Virus record (IMG/VR): IMGVR_UViG_3300028581_000026
Location: 22,554-86,553 of that record
DNA from: a virus
Reading direction: 5' to 3' (one strand)
Length of the DNA: 64,000 nt
The notes beneath the pieces are model-generated. The model was given only the letters and a program-made list of their open reading frames with translations, searched no databases and was not told the DNA's origin. The stretch's first letter is position 1; every line of letters starts with the position of its first letter. The translations under genes were made by a program, and so were the position numbers. This document shows, one piece after another, positions 9,692-18,545 of the stretch.

Positions 9692-10008
9692 TATTTGTTT
9701 AATTTTATAAGATTATGTAATGTAAATTCGGCAACATTCAATCTGTCTACCGTAGTAAAAATAAATATATTAATACCCCCTTTTATGTAAATAAGAATTC
9801 CACTTGAGTCATATTCGACTAGTCTGTCCACCTCAACAATCTTATAGTCAATGACTTCCTTATTCACATATATAAGATATGATTTGTTAAGGAATTTCTC
9901 AATTTTTTCCTTATCAATTTTTTCATTTTCAAGATATAAAATTGATGGTTCAACCTTATATCTTTCCTTGAAAATTCTGGTTATTCGTTCATCAAAAGAG
10001 TAGTTCAT
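9691..10008 (-). CDS. Hypothetical protein
   Basis: 105-aa ORF overlapping both neighbours. Confidence 0.65.
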   Translation of the reverse strand: MNYSFDERITRIFKERYKVEPSILYLENEKIDKEKIEKFLNKSYLIYVNKEVIDYKIVEVDRLVEYDSSGILIYIKGGINIFIFTTVDRLNVAEFTLHNLIKLNK

Positions 10009-11707
10009 CTATAAAGTTTGTATCTGGTGTTCTAATTAAGTTAAAGGATGGTTTATATATTTCAATTGAGCTATTATCAAATCTCAATGTTCTATTTATT
10101 TTTTTCCCTCTTTGTCCTGGTGTCATATATATTTCCTTAAGGTCATTAAAGATAATTTTCCCTTCAAGTTTCACCCCTTTATATTCAACAGAATAATTTG
10201 GTAGTTCAAATATATTATTATCCATTATATATTTAATCCGTTTATCCATTTCTTCCAAATATGAATCCCAAGTTATGTCCAATTGTTTATTAAACCTACC
10301 CAAACTTTGAACTCTAACCAATTCAATATTATCTTCATCTCCATATATTTTGTACTCCACAGAAGCTCTTTCCTCCCCTTCTATGTCACCAACCCTAATG
10401 GATATAATTATTGATTCTGGACGATTGTTGTAAGTTCTAACACAATTTGATTGGACAATACTTTCCATTGAATATTCTTGAAATGTTGTTAATAAGACTG
10501 GATAATAGTTATCCATTGGTTCTTCAACAATTTCCTTAAATCTTGGGTTATACATTCTTTGATATCTTGGATCTTTGAATTTGGCAACCTTCTCACTCCA
10601 AATGAAATGTTCTGAATTAAATTCGGCATATGTTTTTGATTTCCAAGTTACAGGTTCAAATTGACTAAGTTTATCTCTGAATTCCAAATGGTCAATGAAT
10701 GTATTATGATTGATTGAACCATTTATCATAAGTTTGAATATATCAAAACAATTTAATAACTCATTTTTGGAAAATGAATACATATAATACGGATAATAGA
10801 GATGTTCTATACCAGGCATTGGGGGTGATTCAACAATATATTTAATCACACTATCCTCCTTGGATAATATAAAATTATTACCAAATAATTCTAAAGCAAA
10901 TCTCAAATTATATATTCCCCTAACTGTTGTAACTGTATGTAGAACCCTTTTAATCTTATCACCATTCAATCTATTAACACTCATATAAGCATCAATGAAT
11001 TTGAACTTATGTTTCTTATATATTTTCTTGGTTATTTGGGGGTATGATGGTTTAAATATATGCCAATTGTTTGGTAATTTAACCCCAATTCCATCCAAAT
11101 AATGTTTATATATTCTGATGTCAGGACTAACAATTGAATTGTCTAGATTGGGGATATGTTCCAAAAATAAGTCAAAGCACTTATTGATTTCTTTTGTATT
11201 TAAATCAACTTCTTCAAAAGTTTGTGGTTTAATATTATTTGGTTTAAAATATTGGAATATAACCTTGGAGAGAGTTGAAAGTGGGGTTAAATACCAAGTA
11301 TTTTTATGGATAGTATTAAATTTCTTTTTTCTTCGTATTGTATTATTACCTGTGTATATTTCATTTTTCTTGTAATTGTAAGTTACAAATTTAATGAACA
11401 TATGTTTATTAAAATACTTTTGTCCCACCATTCTATGATTACTATAAAAATAGAACTTGAGTGAGACCTTATCTTCTGAGGTTTCTACTTTAATCCTATA
11501 TCTATCGTGTCTACATTCAGCAAATTGATTTCCGTAATTACTAACAAAAGATTTGTCATCAAATAATGTTTCCAATAAACTGTCAAAAATATATTCCGGC
11601 TGAAAAAAGAATGGGTTGTCTTGTTTCGGTTTGTCTATTATGTCACAATAATTCTTATATGTTTTTGTTAGATATTTTTCAATCTTATATTCGTATATTA
11701 CCCCCAT
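9992..11707 (-). CDS. PcfJ-like domain protein
   Basis: C-terminal ESIVQSNCVRTY...IISIR...RASVEY...VQSLGRFN motif. Confidence 0.65.
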   Translation of the reverse strand: MGVIYEYKIEKYLTKTYKNYCDIIDKPKQDNPFFFQPEYIFDSLLETLFDDKSFVSNYGNQFAECRHDRYRIKVETSEDKVSLKFYFYSNHRMVGQKYFNKHMFIKFVTYNYKKNEIYTGNNTIRRKKKFNTIHKNTWYLTPLSTLSKVIFQYFKPNNIKPQTFEEVDLNTKEINKCFDLFLEHIPNLDNSIVSPDIRIYKHYLDGIGVKLPNNWHIFKPSYPQITKKIYKKHKFKFIDAYMSVNRLNGDKIKRVLHTVTTVRGIYNLRFALELFGNNFILSKEDSVIKYIVESPPMPGIEHLYYPYYMYSFSKNELLNCFDIFKLMINGSINHNTFIDHLEFRDKLSQFEPVTWKSKTYAEFNSEHFIWSEKVAKFKDPRYQRMYNPRFKEIVEEPMDNYYPVLLTTFQEYSMESIVQSNCVRTYNNRPESIIISIRVGDIEGEERASVEYKIYGDEDNIELVRVQSLGRFNKQLDITWDSYLEEMDKRIKYIMDNNIFELPNYSVEYKGVKLEGKIIFNDLKEIYMTPGQRGKKINRTLRFDNSSIEIYKPSFNLIRTPDTNFIDELLF

Positions 11708-11734
11708 ATAATTTCTTTTAGAAATTAATAATAA

Positions 11735-11768
11735 AAAATGGGGAGAATATCAAGTATCTCCCCATTTT
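11735..11768 (-). terminator. Rho-independent terminator after the DUF932 gene
   Basis: aaaatggggaga...tctccccatttt inverted repeat with a T-run on the minus strand. Confidence 0.7.
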
Positions 11769-11772
11769 ATTT

Positions 11773-12522
11773 TTAATAGACAAGAGTGTCGGCAAGTTCC
11801 CAGAGTTTGGTGTTCATGGTGTTGGTCGCCATAATGTTCTTGAGACCTTTGAGAGAGGTTTTCTTGCCAGCCTGACTTCTGTACTCAAGTCCGCCTTTTA
11901 CGAACTTCTCTTGTACAATGTTGAAGGTAGTCCAAAGGTTGTCATCATTGTCGCCAGTTCTTTGTGGAGTAATCAACTCCTCATAATCCACGAATGGAAC
12001 TGAACCCATTCCCCACTTGATGATTGATGCGTCCTTTGCAAACTGAATCTTCTCACCTTCCGTCATCATTCTGTCCATCATCTTATCAACTGAGCTTTGG
12101 ATGAGTGGAAGTTTCTTGGAGAAACTCTCAGTAAGTTTCTTAACTTCCTCACTATCAAATCCCATGTGACGGATATTGAATTGTTCGGCTGTTGCAGTTG
12201 GGACTGTAAGACCGTTGGAACAAACCAATCTGAAGAGCCCAGCACCTACATTCAGAGTTGTCATACCATTGTGGCTGTTACGGATTATTGCCTCAACTAA
12301 TGTGTCACCAACTTTTGGTAGTTCTCCGTTTCTGAACCTCAACTCGTGAGTACCATACAAATCCTTACCATTTTGTTTGACTGAGGAGAGTTCCCATCCT
12401 TGGTTGGTAAAGTTTTCCACTATATCCATAGTTGGTACAAACATGTATTTGTTGGACATTTTAGGATCTGCTGAAGTTGCGAATACTGCTGGAGCGATAG
12501 ATTTGATTTCTTGGATTGTCAT
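11773..12522 (-). CDS. DUF932/DUF945 family protein
   Basis: APAVFA...Y.FVPT, NSHNG, GLFRLVCSNGL, LWTTFNIVQE, N.KLW. Confidence 0.85.
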   Translation of the reverse strand: MTIQEIKSIAPAVFATSADPKMSNKYMFVPTMDIVENFTNQGWELSSVKQNGKDLYGTHELRFRNGELPKVGDTLVEAIIRNSHNGMTTLNVGAGLFRLVCSNGLTVPTATAEQFNIRHMGFDSEEVKKLTESFSKKLPLIQSSVDKMMDRMMTEGEKIQFAKDASIIKWGMGSVPFVDYEELITPQRTGDNDDNLWTTFNIVQEKFVKGGLEYRSQAGKKTSLKGLKNIMATNTMNTKLWELADTLVY

Positions 12523-12540
12523 ATGATTTATGTTTTTAAT

Positions 12541-12594
12541 TGGTTGATAATTAACTTACAATACTATAAACCTAAGATTGGGGTGGAAAGTTCC
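12541..12594 (-). promoter_or_regulatory. Promoter-like repeat copy 1 (GGAACT-N16-GGTTTATagTATTGTAAGTT)
   Basis: 54-bp block nearly identical to 12851-12904; directly upstream of the DUF932 gene. Confidence 0.7.
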
Positions 12595-12607
12595 TATAGT
12601 TTAAAAT

Positions 12608-12832
12608 TTATTTTACTAATTCAATATAAGTACTCCCCATAAATGAACCTTTAAGGTTGAAAGTTAAGGTAGAAAATAAACCTGAATGATTACTTACTTT
12701 GAAGTATCTACCTGATGGAGTAATTTCTGTTACAACACCTTCTTCACCATCAACATTTAAAAATTTTTTATGGAGAACTGAATCTTGTCCTACTGAAATA
12801 GTAATTCCCATTTTGTTAGTGAATGTCTTCAT
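12608..12832 (-). CDS. Small hypothetical (putative early) protein
   Basis: 74 aa, downstream of repeat copy 2. Confidence 0.65.
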   Translation of the reverse strand: MKTFTNKMGITISVGQDSVLHKKFLNVDGEEGVVTEITPSGRYFKVSNHSGLFSTLTFNLKGSFMGSTYIELVK

Positions 12833-12850
12833 ATCAGATATATTTTTTAT

Positions 12851-12904
12851 TGGTGGATAATAAACTTACAATATTATAAACCTAAGATTGGGGTGGAAAG
12901 TTCC
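12851..12904 (-). promoter_or_regulatory. Promoter-like repeat copy 2
   Basis: tggtggataataaacttacaatattataaacctaagattggggtggaaagttcc on the + strand. Confidence 0.7.
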
Positions 12905-12922
12905 CTAAAGATTTATATTTTT

Positions 12923-13114
12923 TTAAAATTTGGTTTTGAACCGTAAATTCAATTCATCGAATAAAGAATTAATCTTATCAATTTCCTTTTGGTAAAATTC
13001 CTTTACCTCTGTATATTCAGTTTTATCCATTTCTCTAACGAAATGATTTCTGAGAGTAAGTGTGTGTGCTGTCAAGAGAACAAATTGTTCCCCAGATAAT
13101 TTGAAGTTTTTCAT
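12923..13114 (-). CDS. Small hypothetical (putative early) protein
   Basis: 63 aa, downstream of repeat copy 3. Confidence 0.6.
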   Translation of the reverse strand: MKNFKLSGEQFVLLTAHTLTLRNHFVREMDKTEYTEVKEFYQKEIDKINSLFDELNLRFKTKF

Positions 13115-13140
13115 AATGATGGATTTTAATATTAAATAAT

Positions 13141-13183
13141 CAACTTACAATACAATAAACCAAGGTCACCCCCAGTTAGTTCC
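13141..13183 (-). promoter_or_regulatory. Promoter-like repeat copy 3 (same boxes, different spacer)
   Basis: Minus strand GGAACT-aactgggggtgacctt-GGTTTATtgTATTGTAAGTT. Confidence 0.65.
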
Positions 13184-13201
13184 AAGAAGTTCAAAATATT
13201 T

Positions 13202-13480
13202 TTAATTTAATGAAAATAAACCATATTTGGTTTCAATGAATACACCATCCAAAGTTAATATTCCTTTTGGATTTTTCTTAATACTCACAACAACATCAAT
13301 CAGTTGTGTTCTGGTTGGGATGAGATCCAATCCAGCGTCAAGGTTTTTATAACAAAGTTCTTTTACCTTCTCATAAAAAACTTCTTTGAGGTCTCCCCCA
13401 ATTAATTCCATTAACTCGTTGGGGTTTTTCTCAAAGAAGTTTATAAAATTCTTAATGTATATTTCAACATCTATGTTCAT
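13202..13480 (-). CDS. Hypothetical protein
   Basis: 92-aa ORF. Confidence 0.65.
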   Translation of the reverse strand: MNIDVEIYIKNFINFFEKNPNELMELIGGDLKEVFYEKVKELCYKNLDAGLDLIPTRTQLIDVVVSIKKNPKGILTLDGVFIETKYGLFSLN

Positions 13481-13493
13481 AATAATTTATTTT

Positions 13494-15056
13494 TTATTGT
13501 ACATAAAACATTCCATCTTTTCTTTCAATCAATTTCTCTTTCAAAACTGGTGGTATCATAGGATTACTACCTCTAAGTACTATAAAATTCAATTCTTCCA
13601 ATTCACTGATACTTTCTGGTAGTTGTTTCACTAGGGGACAATTAAGAATAGAAAGAAATGTCAAGTTTTTCAAGTTTGAAACTGTATTTGGGATATTTTT
13701 AGCTGAAGCGTCAAATACCAATGAAGTTAGTTCGGTAAATCTACCAATAGAATCTGGTATTTCAAAAGCTCTGTTTTGGTCTTTTGTACTGTTAATAAGT
13801 TGTAAAATTTTAATATTAGCAGGTAATTTATCTAACAAAGCTTCAAAACCAAATATTTCAAAAATTCCTTTACTAGTTGGGTAGGTAATGATTGCTTCCT
13901 CATTACTACTCATAACATATTTTTTAAATAACATCTCAAATCCCTCTCTGAATATTGGTAATCCATCAAATATTTCTCTCATTATACCATTCTGACCAAA
14001 ATATTTACCCAAATCAATTTGGCGGTCTAATAAATCCATAAATTGTTCTTTAATGAAATTAAATTGGAATCTATTTTTTGGTAATCCCGACTTTGGTGAT
14101 ACATTACCACCGTCATTTGTTGGTAAAATAACATACAATGGGGAATCTATAGCACATTTTGTTTTAACATTTTCATAAGGTGTTGTGTAATAATCAAAGT
14201 TACTTACATATCCTTTTTCACCTTTTAATAGAGCGTTACCTGGTGCCGAAGTACACCAATTAGACTCACCATCATTTTTCAATTGACTTCCACCATAAAA
14301 TACTGCCGCGTGTCTAGCCAATGGATTTTTAGGATTAATTTCAACAACAACCCAATCTTTACCTTGATAAACTATCGGACAATCAAATTTACTATAAGGA
14401 TTATCACCTTGAACTTTTTCAGCTTCTTTCCTAACCTGTTTATTTATATTTTTTTCCGGTATTTGATAATTCATACAGACATCACCCAAATCTTTTGGTG
14501 TTAATTTATTGATGTCTTTTTTATCTAAAGGTAATAAATCTTTAAATTTCTTTAATTGATGGAATTTAATTAAATCAGTTTTAAGACTAGGTAAATCCTC
14601 AATAAAAAGTCTACGATATTCTGTAACTGCTCTTTTGTATTCTGGTGATTTGGGGTCTAGTTCTTTTATATTACTTGGTAATTTTGCGGCATAATAAGAT
14701 AATATCCAATTTGCATATTCACCAACTTTCACTTTTTCCATATCATCTATACTAGCACCATCAATATCAAAATTAGATGGCTCAGTTCCAGCTATACAAG
14801 GTGATGTTGCACAAGGTATTGTTGTTGGGTCGGAAAATATGATTTGTTTTAATACTTGAAATGGTGTTATTTGTACTTGTTCCAATTCATTTGTTTGGTC
14901 ATTAAGTTTAGTCATTGTACTACCAGCCAATTTACCTTTTGCATTTGGATTTTTTCTGAGGTCTTCTTCTGATGGTATTACCAATTTATCATACAACATC
15001 TTGAATCTAGATGTATTTTCAAGTATTAATCGTTTTAGTATTGATTTGAATCTCAT
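13494..15056 (-). CDS. Leucine-rich-repeat-containing protein
   Basis: C-terminal IPDSIGRFTELTSL / IPNTVSNLKNLTFL / LPESISELEELNFI repeats; central SNWCTS motif. Confidence 0.75.
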   Translation of the reverse strand: MRFKSILKRLILENTSRFKMLYDKLVIPSEEDLRKNPNAKGKLAGSTMTKLNDQTNELEQVQITPFQVLKQIIFSDPTTIPCATSPCIAGTEPSNFDIDGASIDDMEKVKVGEYANWILSYYAAKLPSNIKELDPKSPEYKRAVTEYRRLFIEDLPSLKTDLIKFHQLKKFKDLLPLDKKDINKLTPKDLGDVCMNYQIPEKNINKQVRKEAEKVQGDNPYSKFDCPIVYQGKDWVVVEINPKNPLARHAAVFYGGSQLKNDGESNWCTSAPGNALLKGEKGYVSNFDYYTTPYENVKTKCAIDSPLYVILPTNDGGNVSPKSGLPKNRFQFNFIKEQFMDLLDRQIDLGKYFGQNGIMREIFDGLPIFREGFEMLFKKYVMSSNEEAIITYPTSKGIFEIFGFEALLDKLPANIKILQLINSTKDQNRAFEIPDSIGRFTELTSLVFDASAKNIPNTVSNLKNLTFLSILNCPLVKQLPESISELEELNFIVLRGSNPMIPPVLKEKLIERKDGMFYVQ

Positions 15057-15144
15057 TGTAAAATTTTTATTTATAAATATCTTAAAAAATCAAAATCTTT
15101 ATTAGTTATAAAAGTATGGTATTTTTATAATAAAAAATATAGAT

Positions 15145-15291
15145 ATGAAACAAGAAAAAAGTTGCAAAAGTTGCAAAAAAGGTTTAAGTGGGCAACAAAT
15201 TGGGTTATTCGGATTATCATTATTTATCCTTGGAACTTCCATTTATGGGACAATATTATTATTCAAAAATATTATTTCCCTTTTCTATTAA
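15145..15291 (+). CDS. Small membrane protein (CxxC plus one TM helix)
   Basis: [48 protein letters not shown]; below track cutoff. Confidence 0.55.
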   Translation: MKQEKSCKSCKKGLSGQQIGLFGLSLFILGTSIYGTILLFKNIISLFY

Positions 15292-16189
15292 ATTTAACAT
15301 TTAGATAGATAATCAAATCCCCAATATACTCACCCCTATATCCTTTTCCTTTTACCCTCAATGGTTTGGTTGAATCAAAATCATCTGGTAATTTGACGAG
15401 GATATTTCCATTGGGGTGGGGTATTTCAAGATTTTCTTTGGATAAATCATTTAAGCTTAGATATGATTGATATATTAAATGATTTTCTCTCTTCTCAAAA
15501 TTATCTTTTGGTTTAATGAACACACGAATAATTAAATTACCATATCCCCCACTAAAATAATCACCCTTACCTTGTAATCTTAGAAACTGTCCTTCATCAA
15601 TACCTTGGGGTATTTTGACCTTAATTGAATCTTTTTTGGGGTTTGTACCAGAACCACCACATCCATTACAAACTTTTTTAAATAACTCACCAACGCCTCT
15701 ACAAGTGTTACAAGGTTGTCTTATTACTTGTTGAAAAAACCCTGACCCCATTGTTATTGTTGTATGTCCAACACCATTACATTGATGACATCTTATTCTT
15801 TCACCTCCAGCACCATTACAAGGTTCACATTTAATCTTTCGTTCATATTCAAATGTCTTTTCAACACCAATATATGATTCAAGACAACCAATTTCAACAT
15901 TAACAACTTTCTCAGGAGCACTGGTTTTACGTTGTGTAAATCCCCCGCCATTGAAGAAGTCATTAAACATACTGCCTAAGTCACCATATGGATTTTTTCT
16001 TTGGTTATCGTATTGTTGTCGTTTGGTATCATCCCCCAATATATCATAGGCTTGAGATATTTTTTTAAACTTCTCTTCATCCCCACTTTTGTCTGGATGA
16101 TGTTCCATTGCCAACTTTCTATATGTCTTTTTGATTTCATCTGGGGTGGCGGTTTCAGTTACACCCAATATGTCATAGTAATTTTCCAT
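15272..16189 (-). CDS. dnaJ: DnaJ chaperone (class A)
   Basis: J-domain HPD, four CxxCxGxG zinc motifs, C-terminal GDL motifs. Confidence 0.95.
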   Translation of the reverse strand: MENYYDILGVTETATPDEIKKTYRKLAMEHHPDKSGDEEKFKKISQAYDILGDDTKRQQYDNQRKNPYGDLGSMFNDFFNGGGFTQRKTSAPEKVVNVEIGCLESYIGVEKTFEYERKIKCEPCNGAGGERIRCHQCNGVGHTTITMGSGFFQQVIRQPCNTCRGVGELFKKVCNGCGGSGTNPKKDSIKVKIPQGIDEGQFLRLQGKGDYFSGGYGNLIIRVFIKPKDNFEKRENHLIYQSYLSLNDLSKENLEIPHPNGNILVKLPDDFDSTKPLRVKGKGYRGEYIGDLIIYLNVKFNRKGK

Positions 16190-16225
16190 TATTTATATTA
16201 TTTAAAGTCTAATTATTTTTATATT

Positions 16226-16864
16226 ATGAACTACCAAATAGTCCTATTCAAAAATAAAGAAAAGAAAAAAATAATCAATAAGTTTATCACCTTTGATAAG
16301 GCAAAGAAAGGTTATGAAAATCTGTTAAAGAAAAGTGAAAATGTTATTTTCAATGTTCAGACTCAGAATGGAAAACCTTGTAATTATGAAATCGCCTTAA
16401 TCGGAAAAGATAAACGAAAGGATCCAATATACCTTAAAGATAGTTTGGGTAGGAATATTAAGGTTGAATTGGACACTGATGAGTTCAGTATTATAAAGAT
16501 TCATCAATACAACAAGGAAGAATCATTTTTGGATTACAAGACAAAAAATAAAATAACCACCAACCAATTTATAAACAAATATTTAAAGGGTGGTGGTTTA
16601 AAAATGATATCAAAACTAAACAACAAGATTGTTCTTCAAAATGAAGAAAAGATAAATCTATTTACATTCAAAAGTGAAGAAGATGCTCTTAGGTTCACCG
16701 ATGTTTTATCAAATTTATTTGTTAAAACAAATCGTAAAGATTGTATGATTGTTAATGATTATTCCACAATACAGAGGAAATCATTATATGATATGTTGGT
16801 GGATAATGGGTTTTCTAGAGAGTATCTCCAGACATATTCAACTGCGTTTCTTTTAAAAAAATAA
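16226..16864 (+). CDS. Hypothetical protein
   Basis: Start re-called to MNYQIVLFKNK (ATG 16226) to avoid overlap with dnaJ; two internally similar halves. Confidence 0.7.
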   Translation: MNYQIVLFKNKEKKKIINKFITFDKAKKGYENLLKKSENVIFNVQTQNGKPCNYEIALIGKDKRKDPIYLKDSLGRNIKVELDTDEFSIIKIHQYNKEESFLDYKTKNKITTNQFINKYLKGGGLKMISKLNNKIVLQNEEKINLFTFKSEEDALRFTDVLSNLFVKTNRKDCMIVNDYSTIQRKSLYDMLVDNGFSREYLQTYSTAFLLKK

Positions 16865-17063
16865 ACTCAGTTCCAGAAATATCTATTTTAAATTGGGTGG
16901 TATTTGAAAAGTCATTCACTTGAGTTTTAATCATATTGAAATCATTATCATTAAGGGAATATACAACTACCACTTTTGAGTTTGGTATTATGTCTAATAA
17001 TCCATCTGACACCATTGCCATTTTTTGAATTAACCCATTAACACCTTCTTGATTCTTTGCCAT
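16815..17063 (-). CDS. Hypothetical protein
   Basis: 82-aa ORF in a packed operon. Confidence 0.6.
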   Translation of the reverse strand: MAKNQEGVNGLIQKMAMVSDGLLDIIPNSKVVVVYSLNDNDFNMIKTQVNDFSNTTQFKIDISGTEFIFLKETQLNMSGDTL

Positions 17064-17215
17064 ATTGTTAGTTTCTTTGGTTTTTGTGGTAAAATATCTT
17101 CTTTTTTATATTTTTTGATTTCCTTGATTGTTTCAAGTTTTTGGAGGTTGGTTTGATTTTCACCTTTTTTAATCTCACTAAACAGCCACTCTATCTGTGT
17201 TGATTTGTTCTTCAT
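17030..17215 (-). CDS. Hypothetical basic protein
   Basis: 61 aa, ends KKLTIWQRIKKVLMG. Confidence 0.55.
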   Translation of the reverse strand: MKNKSTQIEWLFSEIKKGENQTNLQKLETIKEIKKYKKEDILPQKPKKLTIWQRIKKVLMG

Positions 17216-17618
17216 CGTCTTCCAATTTTAATTTTTGTTTGGGATCAATTATTTCATTAATTTGAAAATTCAAACCCTTTAATTTATCTAAATTTTGTTT
17301 CTCAAATATCCGTTTAAGTTCATTAACTTTGTCTTCAAACAATTTGTCCTTTTCTTCCCTTTCCTTATTGTACTTGATGATACTACAAATGTTTTGATAT
17401 ACCCGTTCTATTTCAGTTTCATTAAATTCACTTACATATGAAAATAATCTTTCATTTGGTACTGTACTTTGTTGTTCCATGATTTTGGTTTCATCAACAT
17501 ATTTCTTGGGTATTTTCCAAGTATTAGGAAAACTGATATCAAAAGACAAATACGTTTCAATCTTTCTTACAGATTGTATATATGGAAATAGTGTTGAAAA
17601 TTCTTTATATAAACTCAT
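17178..17618 (-). CDS. Hypothetical protein
   Basis: 146-aa ORF. Confidence 0.7.
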   Translation of the reverse strand: MSLYKEFSTLFPYIQSVRKIETYLSFDISFPNTWKIPKKYVDETKIMEQQSTVPNERLFSYVSEFNETEIERVYQNICSIIKYNKEREEKDKLFEDKVNELKRIFEKQNLDKLKGLNFQINEIIDPKQKLKLEDDEEQINTDRVAV

Positions 17619-17803
17619 ATTCTAATTAAGTATGTTATTATGTATGATATTGTCATCCCTAACAATATTAGCTCTCTACTATTAAAAATTAACCTTCGAG
17701 GGGGATTTGAAAAGAGAGAGCTAACAAATGTAATGCAAGTCCTTGTTAGGACAAGAATTGAAAAAATAAACACGAATAAAAATAAACTATCTAAACTAAG
17801 CAT
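17615..17803 (-). CDS. Small two-TM membrane protein
   Basis: 62 aa, two hydrophobic segments, ATGA-type overlap. Confidence 0.6.
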   Translation of the reverse strand: MLSLDSLFLFVFIFSILVLTRTCITFVSSLFSNPPRRLIFNSRELILLGMTISYIITYLIRI

Positions 17804-17975
17804 CGGTTTTTTTTCTTTCTTCTAAAATTTCAGTTCTAAGTGTTTGTAGTTGAATTTTAATATCTTGTGCTAATTTTCTCGCTCTAGTTCCAGCACTGTT
17901 ATTACCCTTAAAGAATTTTGTTGTATCTGTTGTCAATTCTTCAACTAATGTTTTGATTTTTTCTAATGTTTCCAT
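17796..17975 (-). CDS. Histone H1-like (Hc1-type) small DNA-binding protein
   Basis: 59 aa, missed by track: METLEKIKTLVEELTTDTTKFFKGNNSAGTRARKLAQDIK...; KGNxSAGTRARK signature. Confidence 0.8.
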   Translation of the reverse strand: METLEKIKTLVEELTTDTTKFFKGNNSAGTRARKLAQDIKIQLQTLRTEILEERKKTDA

Positions 17976-18029
17976 TGTTTTTTTTTATTTAATTTTAGAT
18001 TTATTTTATTTAATTGTAAATAGAAAAAG

Positions 18030-18497
18030 TTAAATAGACATATTCTTATCAAGGTTTTTATATATAACTGAAATCAAATCTAAATCAGATTTTGAAAATG
18101 ATGTCTTAGTATTAAACAATTGCATTAAGAAAGTTTTAACACTACTTTTAACCTTTTCCTCCTTTTGGTTATAGTACACATCCATAAAAAAACTTTTGAA
18201 ATAATCAAAATGTTCCCCCTTCTTTTTAAAAACAAGTCCTTCTTTCTTAAAGTTTTCAATTGTCTTGTTAAAACACCATTCAAAATGGTTTAAATTATCT
18301 TCATTGGTTAATTTTATCTTAGTTTCATTACTATCTGTTGTATTACCCAAATAGGTCTCACATATAATCATATGTAATGAAAGACTAAAGTCAGAATATA
18401 ATTCCAATTTCTCTGGGATTATATTATTGACTCTAAACCAAACATCAACATCATCGGAGGGTAAGGGTTTTGATAAATAATTAAAAAAATTCTCCAT
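18030..18497 (-). CDS. Hypothetical protein
   Basis: 155 aa; start codon lies inside hairpin 18490-18517. Confidence 0.7.
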   Translation of the reverse strand: MENFFNYLSKPLPSDDVDVWFRVNNIIPEKLELYSDFSLSLHMIICETYLGNTTDSNETKIKLTNEDNLNHFEWCFNKTIENFKKEGLVFKKKGEHFDYFKSFFMDVYYNQKEEKVKSSVKTFLMQLFNTKTSFSKSDLDLISVIYKNLDKNMSI

Positions 18498-18545
18498 AAG
18501 GATTAGCTTATGGAGAAATTATAATGTATATTTAACAAATGTATA

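Noticed and set aside
12541-13183. Repeats as a CRISPR array
   Set aside because: Only three copies about 300 bp apart, separated by intact genes; no cas operon.
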